A stretch of 48,708 bases of DNA from Anaerolineae bacterium clx_CAG2. GTDB lineage: Bacteria; Chloroflexota; Anaerolineae; JAAEKA01. Position numbers and translations under genes: made by a program. The notes below the pieces were generated by a model. That model was given only the letters and a program-made list of their open reading frames with translations. It was not told where the DNA came from and did not search any database. Position 1 is the stretch's first letter. Every line of letters begins with the position of its first letter. The stretch lies in contig JAAEKA010000038.1 in assembly GCA_014155705.1 (NCBI GenBank), positions 1 through 48,708 of the forward strand. Direction: 5' to 3'. This document shows, piece after piece, positions 7,652-16,796 of the stretch.

Positions 7652-10600
7652 TCAGTCCGCAGCCAGCGCCCGATCCACCGCAGCCAGGATCACCTCATAG
7701 GCGAAATCGCCCATCTGCTGCTTTAACACTCCAGCCAGATCTGGCCGTGAGACGGCCAATTGATCGATCAGGCGGCCCAGGCGTCTGGAATCGGCCGCAA
7801 CAGCCGCCAGCCGCACTTGTTTCAACCAACCTGCCGGCAGTCCGACCAGGTGCAGAACAGGCAAGGCTGAGTCCGCCGCTGAGCGCTGCTCAAGCGAAGC
7901 CGAGTGGTCCGGCTGCTCGAAATCGACCGCGATCTGCAAGGGGATCGAGAACCAGAACACGCTGCCCTGGTTCACCTGGCTGCGCACCTGCAACTCGCCG
8001 CCCATCAAGTCGACATACTCATGGCTGATTGCCAGGCCCAGCCCGGTGCCCTCGCCCAGGCGCCGGCCGGACTCCGTCTGGACAAAGGCGTCGAAGAGGG
8101 CGCTGAGTTCCGAAGGGGCGATGCCCTGGCCGCTATCCTCCACGGCGAAGGTCGTTTTGACCAGACCCAACGCCATGTCTGCATCTGTGATGTCAGCGCG
8201 AAGCTGAACGCTGCCCTGGCTGGTGAATTTCACGGCGTTGCTCAACAGGTTGATCAACACCTGGCGCAGCTTGCCCTGATCGCCCAGCACCTGGCGGGGC
8301 ACGGCCGCCGCGATCTCCAGATTCAAGGCCAGTCCCTTGTCTGCCGCCCGCAGATGAAGCATATTCATCACATCGGCCAGCAGATCGTGCAGATCGAATG
8401 CGACGATACGCGGGCCGGCGCGACCCGCCTCGATCCTGGACAGTTCCAGGATGTCGTTGATCAGCGTCAGCAGGTGCTCGCCGTTGCGCACGATCGCGTC
8501 CATGTTCTGGCGCGTCTCCTGATCCATCGCTGGGTTGCGCGCCGTGAGCATGGAGAAGCCCAGGATAGCGTTGAGAGGTGTGCGCAGTTCATGGCTCATA
8601 TTGGCCAGGAAGGCGCTCTTGACGCGACTGGCGTCCTCGGCAACTTGTCTGCGTTCTTCGGCTACGGCGCGGGCCTGGCGCAGTTCCTCCTCCATCGTTT
8701 TGCGTTCAGAGATATCCTGCACGACAGAGATGAAGTACTGGATTTGGCCGGAGGAATCGCGCAGGGCCGAAACGGTCAGATTGGCCCAGATCAACGATCC
8801 ATCCGGACGCAGGTAACGCTTCTCCATGGAGTAGCTGGGAATGGCGCCGGATAACATAAGCTGGAACAACCCCAGATCGAGATCCAGGTCGGCCGGATGG
8901 GTGACATCCTGAAAACCGCGGGCGAGCAGTTCGCTTTCGCTGTAGCCCAAGAGTTGGCAAAGGCGCTGGTTGACCCGCAAGAGACGCCCCGTCGGGCTCA
9001 CGGTTGCCATACCTGCGGCGGCCTGTTCGAAGATGGTGCGGAAACGCTCCTCGCTGTCGCGCAGTGCGATCTCGGCCAGCTTGCGTTCGGTGATGTAGCG
9101 GAATGAGCAAGCTGCACCAGTCACCTCTCCATCCACATCGCGGATGGGACATAAGGAGCATTCGATGAAAGCATCATCGGGGTAGATAGTCGATTTGTCT
9201 TCGAAGCGGAACGCCTCGCCGGCCAGCGCCCGGTCATAGCGGCTGCGCCAGTACTCTGCGACTTGCGGGGACAGGCTGGCGTCAAGCGCAGACTCGCCGA
9301 TCTGAACGGGCCGTCCCAGGAGCTGTTGCATGCCGCGGGCAAAATCAGCGTTGAAGACCAGCAAGCGATAGGAGCGGTCGACGGACCAGATACGTTGGTC
9401 GCTGTTCTCGATTACCGTTGCCAGATTGGCCTCGCTGCGTCGCAGGGCAGACTCGATGCGTTGTCTCTCGGCCAGTTCCTGCTGCAATTGTTCGTAAAGC
9501 TGGGCATTGCTTACTACCTGGCCCAATTGTTGGCCGATAACGGTTAACAACGCCAGGTCATCATCCTCGAAGGGATTGATGCCCGAAGTCGCCAGATTAA
9601 GGACACCCACCAGCTCGCCGCTGGCAAGCAAGGGGACGCCGGCGATGGAGTGGATGTCCTCCTGACGCAGACCGACCAACCGTTCGGGATCAGGGTAATC
9701 GTCGATACCCATAACGACCGGCCGGCGCTCGAGCGCCGCCCGACCGGCTATGCCCTGTCCGACCTGTATTTGGTCCAGCCGTTTGGCGTCGTCCTCGGAG
9801 AGGCCCGACTGAACGCGTATGGCCAGCGTGTCGCCGTCTGGCTGCAAGAGCAATACCCCGGCCTTTTCGAATAGCAGGATTTCCCGCAAGGCGGCCAATG
9901 CCGTGTACAGTATCTCATCCAGATCGCGGGATTGGCTGGCTGTGCGGTGGATGGCGTAGAGGATCGACAGCTCCCGATTGCGCCGTTCGATGGCCTTGGC
10001 GGCCTGCCTGCGTTCGCTGATATCCTCGTAGATGCCCAGGATACCGATCACTGCGCCCTGCGCATTGCGCAGAGGAACTTTGTTGCTGCTCAACCAGCGA
10101 ACTCCGCCCTTGGGCCTCGCCTGCGGCTCCTCATAGCCGATCTTGGGCTGGCCACTGCTCATCACCAGGGCATCATCGGCCCGATAGAGAGGCGCATTGT
10201 CGCGCCAGATCAGATCGAAGTCGTTTTTGCCGATAATCTCGCTCGGATCGGCCAATCCGGCGTCCCGGGCAAAGGCCCGGTTGCAGCCCAGATAATTGGA
10301 GGTTGTGTCCTTCCAGAAGATACGCTGCGGCGCCGTGTCCAGGATCAACTGGAGCATTTGCTGTGAGCTACGCAGCGCGTTCATGGTCTGCAGACGTTCT
10401 GTGATGTCCTGCACGTGAACCAGGAAGCCGCGCTGATCGTCATTCTCCGGCAGCCAGGGGCTGATGACGCATTCGATGGCGCGGCGGCCCTGCTTGTGCG
10501 TTGCGTAGAGGCCAAGCTGCCGAACCAGGTCGAAGTCAAACTCGGTTTCGAAGCGTACTGACTGGCCGGCCTGCAACTGCTGCTTCGCCATGGCTGGTAT

Positions 10601-12358
10601 GTTGGGATCCTCGAAAAGCTGAAAGCCGCGGATCGCCTCCACACTGTCGATGCCGAACAATTCCAGGCAGGCGTGGTTGGCATCAACCAGCCGTCCCCCA
10701 ACGTCGAATAATTCGATGGCTACAGGAGACTGCTGGAAGATACTTCTGAAGCGAGCGCGACTGTACTCCACGGCCTGCGTGCGTTCTGCGACTCGCTGCT
10801 CCAGCTCCTCACGCTGGCGTATGTTCTCCTGGAACAGTTGGGCGTTGGTCAAGGCCAAAGCCACGCGGTCAGCCAGATCCTGCAAGAACTCCTGGTCCTC
10901 GCGGCCGTAGGGGCGTCCTGGCTGATCGCGCGACACGCCAAGCGTGCCGATCACCTGGCCGCCGGCGCGAATGGGAGCCAGGATCAGACTGTGGATACCG
11001 AAACGCTCTAAATAGGGCCAATACTCTGGCTTGGTCTGGGCGCGGATCTGTTCTTGTGGGACAACAGGCAGCAGCACCGACTGGCCGCTGCTCATCACCT
11101 GACCATTGATCCCTTCTTCCGCCCGGTGTGAGGCCGCTGCCAACAGGCTCTCTATGAAAGCCCTGGCTTCGGGATTGGGATGATGAAGCGCAACAGGCCG
11201 CAGCCAGGCGCCATCTTCCGAGAGCAAGCGCAGCACACAGACGTCGCCCAGGATGAGCGCGGTCTGTTCAACAGCCACGGCCAGGGCCGCATTCAGATCG
11301 ACGCCAGCCCCGGCCATGGCCAGGGAAATGGCAGCCAGACTCTCCTGCCGGACTGCGTTGCGACGGATGACGTCCTGCGTCTGGTGGTGCTGAATGGCCA
11401 GTGCAAAGAGCGCGGCCAGCCGTTCCACCACGGTCAGGTCGTGTTCATCGTAGTCGCCGGATGGGTTAGCCAATGCTATCTGGCCTACCACCCGATCTGC
11501 CAACAGGGCCGGCGCTGAAAGAAAGCGTTGGATGGACAGATGGCCGGCCGGTGTGCCTTGGGATCTGCCATCCTGAGCGGGTGTGTTGGTGAGAAGCGGC
11601 TGGCCATGCTGCAACACCCACCCCCAGAGTCCGCGGAACTGGGTGAAGACATTGTCCTTATCCGCCACATTGCAGGCGTCCCAAATCTCGCGGGTCATAG
11701 TCGGCGCCACCAGGTAGCCGGCAATGGGATCGATATAGCCCGCGAAGCCCAGTGTGCTGTCGGTCAGCTCCTTGGCCTTGTCCAGCACCAAAGCAGACGT
11801 CTCCTCGATGGAACCGGTGGATAAGAGCGAAGCCAGCAATTCCGAGACCGCGGCGTTAAGGCGCGCATCGCGCTGCAGCGCCGCTTGCATCTCTTTGCGC
11901 TGGCTGATGTCGCGCACGATCACCAGATCGGCCGGCTGGCCCTGCCAGGTGGTTCTGGCGCTGGTCAGCTCGATTGGCTTGTGTTGGCCTTGTTTGGTGA
12001 CAATGGTCGTTTCAAACTGGGGAGTTATCGCGTCACCGGCCAGCCGCCGTCGAAAGCGATCGGCGATCACGGGCAGATCGTCGGGGTGGGCCAGGTCGTG
12101 AAAGCTGGTGTGCAGCAATTCCTCGACCGTATAGCTCATGATCTCGGCTGCGCGCTGGTTGGCGAAAACGTGCTGGCCCGACCCGGCGGCAATCAGAATG
12201 CCATCGTTGGCGTTTTCGACCAGGGCCCTGAAGTTCTGTTCGTTCTCCCCTGAAGTATCGTGTGCTGTGTCCGGCAGGCTGGCGCTGGCCAAGCGGTCAT
12301 CCTCGCTGATAGCAGTGGTGTGCTGAACCGAAGCGTCTCTTGCGGACTTTCTTGCCAT
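7652..12358 (-). CDS. multi-sensor (PAS/GAF repeats) histidine kinase, 1568 aa, with short conserved C-terminal tail
   Basis: Several PAS and GAF-like blocks. H-box [21 protein letters not shown] boxes LINLLSNAVKFT, DSGQGI, GTGLGLAIS. No receiver domain. Confidence 0.9.
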   Translation of the reverse strand: MARKSARDASVQHTTAISEDDRLASASLPDTAHDTSGENEQNFRALVENANDGILIAAGSGQHVFANQRAAEIMSYTVEELLHTSFHDLAHPDDLPVIADRFRRRLAGDAITPQFETTIVTKQGQHKPIELTSARTTWQGQPADLVIVRDISQRKEMQAALQRDARLNAAVSELLASLLSTGSIEETSALVLDKAKELTDSTLGFAGYIDPIAGYLVAPTMTREIWDACNVADKDNVFTQFRGLWGWVLQHGQPLLTNTPAQDGRSQGTPAGHLSIQRFLSAPALLADRVVGQIALANPSGDYDEHDLTVVERLAALFALAIQHHQTQDVIRRNAVRQESLAAISLAMAGAGVDLNAALAVAVEQTALILGDVCVLRLLSEDGAWLRPVALHHPNPEARAFIESLLAAASHRAEEGINGQVMSSGQSVLLPVVPQEQIRAQTKPEYWPYLERFGIHSLILAPIRAGGQVIGTLGVSRDQPGRPYGREDQEFLQDLADRVALALTNAQLFQENIRQREELEQRVAERTQAVEYSRARFRSIFQQSPVAIELFDVGGRLVDANHACLELFGIDSVEAIRGFQLFEDPNIPAMAKQQLQAGQSVRFETEFDFDLVRQLGLYATHKQGRRAIECVISPWLPENDDQRGFLVHVQDITERLQTMNALRSSQQMLQLILDTAPQRIFWKDTTSNYLGCNRAFARDAGLADPSEIIGKNDFDLIWRDNAPLYRADDALVMSSGQPKIGYEEPQARPKGGVRWLSSNKVPLRNAQGAVIGILGIYEDISERRQAAKAIERRNRELSILYAIHRTASQSRDLDEILYTALAALREILLFEKAGVLLLQPDGDTLAIRVQSGLSEDDAKRLDQIQVGQGIAGRAALERRPVVMGIDDYPDPERLVGLRQEDIHSIAGVPLLASGELVGVLNLATSGINPFEDDDLALLTVIGQQLGQVVSNAQLYEQLQQELAERQRIESALRRSEANLATVIENSDQRIWSVDRSYRLLVFNADFARGMQQLLGRPVQIGESALDASLSPQVAEYWRSRYDRALAGEAFRFEDKSTIYPDDAFIECSLCPIRDVDGEVTGAACSFRYITERKLAEIALRDSEERFRTIFEQAAAGMATVSPTGRLLRVNQRLCQLLGYSESELLARGFQDVTHPADLDLDLGLFQLMLSGAIPSYSMEKRYLRPDGSLIWANLTVSALRDSSGQIQYFISVVQDISERKTMEEELRQARAVAEERRQVAEDASRVKSAFLANMSHELRTPLNAILGFSMLTARNPAMDQETRQNMDAIVRNGEHLLTLINDILELSRIEAGRAGPRIVAFDLHDLLADVMNMLHLRAADKGLALNLEIAAAVPRQVLGDQGKLRQVLINLLSNAVKFTSQGSVQLRADITDADMALGLVKTTFAVEDSGQGIAPSELSALFDAFVQTESGRRLGEGTGLGLAISHEYVDLMGGELQVRSQVNQGSVFWFSIPLQIAVDFEQPDHSASLEQRSAADSALPVLHLVGLPAGWLKQVRLAAVAADSRRLGRLIDQLAVSRPDLAGVLKQQMGDFAYEVILAAVDRALAAD

Positions 12359-12440
12359 AGCCTCTTGTGTGCTCCATTAGAGTCCCGTAGCATACAACAC
12401 AGAGAAGAATCAGGTAGACAGTGAGGGTACAATGGACTCA

Positions 12441-12457
12441 ATTATAGCACAATTGTG
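12441..12457 (-). promoter_or_regulatory. candidate -10 (GTGCTATAAT on minus strand) overlapped by perfect palindrome CACAATTGTG
   Basis: attata at 12441-12446 is TATAAT on the minus strand, and the palindrome lies at 12448-12457. The site is about 80 nt upstream of the kinase start. Confidence 0.35.
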
Positions 12458-12540
12458 TTCTTGTGAAAAGAAACGCGCGGCGAAAAGACTGCGTTGGCAG
12501 GTAAGGCGGTGTATGAGGAGACGGGGCAATTCGGTTGCAC

Positions 12541-12569
12541 TTGCAGTTTGCCAACGCATACGGTATCAT
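12541..12569 (+). promoter_or_regulatory. sigma70-like promoter TTGCAG-17-TATCAT, giving a near-leaderless mRNA
   Basis: The -10 ends 11 nt before ATG 12581, and no SD is visible. Confidence 0.4.
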
Positions 12570-12580
12570 GACATGCGACT

Positions 12581-15370
12581 ATGATGCCCACCATCCTCCC
12601 CCTCAACTCACCTGACGCCACCCTGGCCATGGCCGGCGGCAAGGCGCTGAACCTGGCCAAGCTGGCGCGCGCCGGTCTGCCCGTGCCGCCCGGCTTCATC
12701 GTTGCCACTGCGGCCTACCAGTCTTTTGTCGCCGCCAACTACCTGGACGCAGTGATCAATGGTCAATTGTCAACGACCAATGATCAATGGTCAATGGAAG
12801 CCGCCGCCCATGCGATCCGCGCCCAATTCGCGGCTGCTCCGATCCCCGTCGACTTGGCCGGCCAGATACTCTCCGCCTACCACGACCTCGGCTCCGGTTC
12901 CGGGTTACGCACACTTGCGCATGCACCGGAGCGCAGCACAGGTGCAGGTGTGACGCATTGCGAGTTACCGGCCGTCGCCGTGCGCTCATCAGCCACAGCG
13001 GAAGACCTCCCTGATCTCAGCTTCGCCGGCCAGCAGGACACCTTGCTCAACGTCATAGGCGATGAGGCGCTGTTGCAGGCCGTGGTGACATGTTGGAGCA
13101 GCCTCTGGACCGCGCGCGCCATCACCTATCGGCAGCGCAACGGCATCCCGCACGGCGACGTGGCGCTGGCCGTGGTGGTGCAGGCCATGGTCGAGAGCGA
13201 GGCTTCGGGCGTGCTCTTCACCGCCAACCCGTTGAGCGGTAAACGCAGCGAGGTGGTGATCGACGCCACCCTGGGGTTGGGCGAGGCGCTGGTCAGCGGC
13301 CAGGTGGAACCGGACCAGATTGTGGTGGACATGGCCGCTGGGCGCATCATCCAGAAGCGGCTGGGCGCCAAGGCGCTGGCCATCCACGGCGCGACCGGCG
13401 GCGGCGTGACCACCGTGCAGCAGGAGGCTGCAGCCCGGCAGGCGCTGCCCGACGGGCCGATTCTGGAGCTGGCCCGGCTGGGCAAGCGGGTCGAGCAGGA
13501 TCTTTACGCCGGTCAGCCGCAGGACATCGAATGGGCCTGGGCCGGCGGGCGGCTCACCCTGCTCCAGTCGAGGGCCATCACGTCGCTCTTTCCACTGCCC
13601 ATGGAGATGCCGGCCGAGCCGCTCCAGGTGCTGTTCTCGCTCAACCATGTGCAGGGCATGCTGGACCCCTTCACGCCGCTGGGGCAGGACGCGCTGATCC
13701 GCGCCTACGTGACGCTGGCTACGCTGTTTGAGCGCCACTACACGCCGCAGACCCAGCGCGAGCTGGCCACGGCCGGCCAGCGGCTGTACATCAACGTTAC
13801 CCCCGCGCTGCGCCATACGCAAGGCCGCAAGCTGCTGCGCGCCATCTTCAGCGCCATCGAGCCAAGCGCAGGCCAGGCCATCGCTGGCGTGCTGGACGAC
13901 CCGCGGCTTGACGTGGCGCGCAGCGGCTTGAGCCCGGCGTCGGCATCCAGCCTGGCCCGTTTTGCCTCGGTCGTAGCCAGGCGTGCGGCTGCCGCTATGC
14001 GCCACCCGCAAGCGCAGCGAGGCGACATGGAGCGGCTGATCGACAGCTTCGTCGCCGAGATCGACGCCCGCAGCCGCGCCGCCCACACCCTGGCCGAGCG
14101 GTTGGCCCTGTGCGACGCCATCTACCGTGAGTTCGCCGCGCGCATCTCACTGCGGCTCTTCCCGCCCATCGTGGCCGGCATCGGCAGCTTCTACCAACTG
14201 CGCCGGTTGGCCCAGCGTGTTACGGGCAGCGACCAGTTGGCGCTGGAGATCGCGCGCGGCCTGCCCGGCAACGTCACCACGGAGATGGATCTGGTGCTGT
14301 GGACGGTGGCGCAGATAATCCAGGCCGACCCCGAGTCGGCGGCGCGTTTCGCCAACGAGGACGCGGCCAGCCTGACGGCGGCCTACCAGACGCGCAGCCT
14401 GCCCCTGCCTGCCCAGATTGCGCTGCTGGCCTTCATGGACCGCTACGGCATGCGCGGGCTGGCCGAGATCGACCTGGGCCGGCCGCGCTGGCGCGAGGAG
14501 CCGGTGCATGTGATCCAGGTGGTGCAGAGCTACGTGCGCATCGACGACCCGGAACAGGCGCCGGACGCGGTGTTTCGCCGCGGCGCAGTTGCGGCTGAAG
14601 GCGCGATCGAGCGGCTGGCCGCGGCCATGCCCAACCCGGCGCAGGCGCGGCTGGCGCGGCTGCTGGCCAGCCGCATGCGCGCCCTGGCCGGCCTGCGTGA
14701 GACGCCCAAATTCACCATCATCCGGGTGCTGGGCGTGGTGCGCCGCATGTTGCTGCAAAGCGGCGCAGAGCTGACCGCTGCCGGCGTGCTGGCCCGGCCG
14801 GACGACATCTTCTTCCTGCACTTCGAGGAGTTGGAGGCGGTGGCGACCGCTGTACCGGATGGAGTCGAGTCTGCGGGCGGGGCCGTGGACCAAGACCGGC
14901 TGAAGCCTGGACTCCAGGCGGCAGCGTGGCGGGCGCTGGCGGCGGAACGGCGCCAGGTTTACGGGCGGGAGCTGCTACGCCGGCAGGCGCCGCGGGTTCT
15001 GCTGAGCGATGGCATGGCTTTCTACGAGGGACTGGGCGCGGAGAGCGGCGACGGCGCGCTGAGCGGCAGCCCGGTGTCGCCCGGCGTGGTCGAGGGGATC
15101 GTCCATGTGGTGTTCGATCCACGCGACGCCCACCTGGCGCCGGGCGAGATCCTGGTCTGCCCTGGCACCGACCCGTCGTGGACGCCGCTCTTTCTGGCGG
15201 CCGGCGGGCTGGTGATGGAGGTGGGCGGGCTGATGACCCACGGCTCGGTGGTGGCCAGAGAGTACGGCATTCCGGCTGTGGTGGGGGTGCACGAGGCGAC
15301 CCGCCGGCTGCACGACGGGCAGCGGGTGCGGGTGGATGGGACAGCGGGGCGAGTGGTGGTGATTGGGTGA
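12581..15370 (+). CDS. PEP-utilising enzyme, PpsA/rifampicin-phosphotransferase-like (ATP-grasp N-domain, central domain, C-terminal swivelling His domain)
   Basis: GGKALNLAKLARAGLPVPPGF, VRSSATAEDLPDLSFAGQQDT and the C-terminal GGLMTHGSVVAREYGIPAVVGV. Confidence 0.85.
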   Translation: MMPTILPLNSPDATLAMAGGKALNLAKLARAGLPVPPGFIVATAAYQSFVAANYLDAVINGQLSTTNDQWSMEAAAHAIRAQFAAAPIPVDLAGQILSAYHDLGSGSGLRTLAHAPERSTGAGVTHCELPAVAVRSSATAEDLPDLSFAGQQDTLLNVIGDEALLQAVVTCWSSLWTARAITYRQRNGIPHGDVALAVVVQAMVESEASGVLFTANPLSGKRSEVVIDATLGLGEALVSGQVEPDQIVVDMAAGRIIQKRLGAKALAIHGATGGGVTTVQQEAAARQALPDGPILELARLGKRVEQDLYAGQPQDIEWAWAGGRLTLLQSRAITSLFPLPMEMPAEPLQVLFSLNHVQGMLDPFTPLGQDALIRAYVTLATLFERHYTPQTQRELATAGQRLYINVTPALRHTQGRKLLRAIFSAIEPSAGQAIAGVLDDPRLDVARSGLSPASASSLARFASVVARRAAAAMRHPQAQRGDMERLIDSFVAEIDARSRAAHTLAERLALCDAIYREFAARISLRLFPPIVAGIGSFYQLRRLAQRVTGSDQLALEIARGLPGNVTTEMDLVLWTVAQIIQADPESAARFANEDAASLTAAYQTRSLPLPAQIALLAFMDRYGMRGLAEIDLGRPRWREEPVHVIQVVQSYVRIDDPEQAPDAVFRRGAVAAEGAIERLAAAMPNPAQARLARLLASRMRALAGLRETPKFTIIRVLGVVRRMLLQSGAELTAAGVLARPDDIFFLHFEELEAVATAVPDGVESAGGAVDQDRLKPGLQAAAWRALAAERRQVYGRELLRRQAPRVLLSDGMAFYEGLGAESGDGALSGSPVSPGVVEGIVHVVFDPRDAHLAPGEILVCPGTDPSWTPLFLAAGGLVMEVGGLMTHGSVVAREYGIPAVVGVHEATRRLHDGQRVRVDGTAGRVVVIG
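12754..12795 (+). repeat. six tandem heptamers (GATCAAT GGTCAAT TGTCAAC GACCAAT GATCAAT GGTCAAT) in frame inside the CDS
   Basis: 42 nt equals 14 codons and encodes (V)INGQLSTTNDQWS. The 14-mer GATCAATGGTCAAT occurs twice exactly. Confidence 0.6.
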
Positions 15371-15434
15371 TTGGGGGATTGGGTGGTTTTTCTTGGCAGC
15401 GGCGCTGTGGTGCTGGTACGGCGCGGGGGATTTC

Positions 15435-15463
15435 TTGCGTGATCGTTTTGTTGCTTGTATAAT
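15435..15463 (+). promoter_or_regulatory. sigma70-like promoter TTGCGT-17-TATAAT for the ABC transporter operon
   Basis: Hexamers and spacing were read directly. It leaves a leader of roughly 230 nt. Confidence 0.5.
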
Positions 15464-15698
15464 CGCGCCGTCGGTTGATTGTGATCGTGTTGTTAAGATC
15501 ATGTTAACCCAATGTTAAGACGCCTGCGACCCGCTATAGCGGCCCCGCGGCGTACTCGTGGCAGCGCCTGCACTCTCACCTGGCGCCCTTCTATGCCAGT
15601 AGGGCGCAATTTGCTGGCCGCATCGCTCGGCGCGATGTGTTCCAGCCCCCGACTTCCACCTTCATCCTGTTCCCTGTTACGCTCAAGGAGGAGCACCC

Positions 15699-16736
15699 AT
15701 GACATCCCGTCGCCTATTGCTTTCAATTGTGGTTTTGCTGGCCGCGCTGATGGTCATCGCCTGCCAGCCGCCCGCCGCTGCGCCGCAGCCGGCCGCCAGC
15801 AACGAGCTCAACGTGCTCTGCACCCCCCAGGTGGAGTGGTGCGAGGGCATGAAGACCGAGTTCGAGGCCGCCAACCCTGGCATCACCGTCAACTTCGTGC
15901 GCATGTCCAGCGGAGAGTCACTGACCCGCCTGCGCAACGAGAAGGACAATCCCCAGTTCGACATCTGGTGGGGCGGCCCGGTGGACAGCTTCATCGCCGC
16001 GAAAGCCGAGGGTCTGCTAGAGCAGTACGACTCTCCCAACTTCGCCAACATCATCGAACCGGAGCTGATGGCCGACCCTGATAAGCACTGGGTTGGCGTC
16101 TATGTGGGCTCGCTTGGCTTTGCCACCAACAACAACTCCGGCGTCACGCCGCCCACCTCGTGGGATGACCTGCTCAAACCGGAGATGCAGGGCCAGATCC
16201 TGATCGCCCATCCGTCCAGCTCGGGCACCTCCTACACCACCATGTGCACCCGCCTGCAGATGCTGGGCGAGGACGCTGGCTGGGAGTGGATGCGCCAGTT
16301 CGCTGGCAACGTCTTGCAGTACACCAAGAGCGGCGCGGCCCCGGCCAAGTTCGTTGGCCAAGGCGAGGCCGCCGTGGGCATCGTCTTCTCGCACGACATT
16401 GTGGCTGAGATCGAGAAGGGCTCGCCCCTGACCCTGACCTTCCCTGAGGAAGGCACCGGCTACGAGATCGGCGGTATGGGCATCATCAAGGGCGCCAAAA
16501 ACCTGGACAACGCGAAAAAGTGGTTCGACTGGGCGCTGGAACCGGCCACCCAGGAGCTCGGCCCCAAGTACAACGCCTTCCAGGCCCCCACTGTCAAGGG
16601 CGCGGCGGCTTCCAAGCCGGAGCTGCTGCAGGTCAGCCTGATCGACTATGACTTCCAGTGGTGTGGCGAGAACAAGACGACTTTTGTCGACAAGTTCACC
16701 AACGAGGTTGCCGGCGCCGATTCGCTGAAGGAATAA
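15699..16736 (+). CDS. ABC transporter substrate-binding lipoprotein, Fe(III)/FbpA-AfuA-like family
   Basis: Lipobox LLAALMVIAC and the FDIWWGGP block. Strong SD AGGAGG 7 nt upstream. Confidence 0.8.
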   Translation: MTSRRLLLSIVVLLAALMVIACQPPAAAPQPAASNELNVLCTPQVEWCEGMKTEFEAANPGITVNFVRMSSGESLTRLRNEKDNPQFDIWWGGPVDSFIAAKAEGLLEQYDSPNFANIIEPELMADPDKHWVGVYVGSLGFATNNNSGVTPPTSWDDLLKPEMQGQILIAHPSSSGTSYTTMCTRLQMLGEDAGWEWMRQFAGNVLQYTKSGAAPAKFVGQGEAAVGIVFSHDIVAEIEKGSPLTLTFPEEGTGYEIGGMGIIKGAKNLDNAKKWFDWALEPATQELGPKYNAFQAPTVKGAAASKPELLQVSLIDYDFQWCGENKTTFVDKFTNEVAGADSLKE

Positions 16737-16796
16737 GGCTTATCGCTCCAGACCCTTCGGGTTTGCCGCAAACCCGAAGGGTCTCCACCCCCGCTC

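Noticed and set aside
15576-15605. TPP (THI-box) riboswitch in the ABC transporter leader. UCACCUG...AUGCCAG.UAGGG resembles the P4/P5 half of the thiM element.
   Set aside because: The obligatory CUGAGA pyrimidine-sensor half and the P2/P3 helices are absent on the + strand. UGAGA occurs only on the wrong strand. The CUG would have to serve in both P4 and P5.
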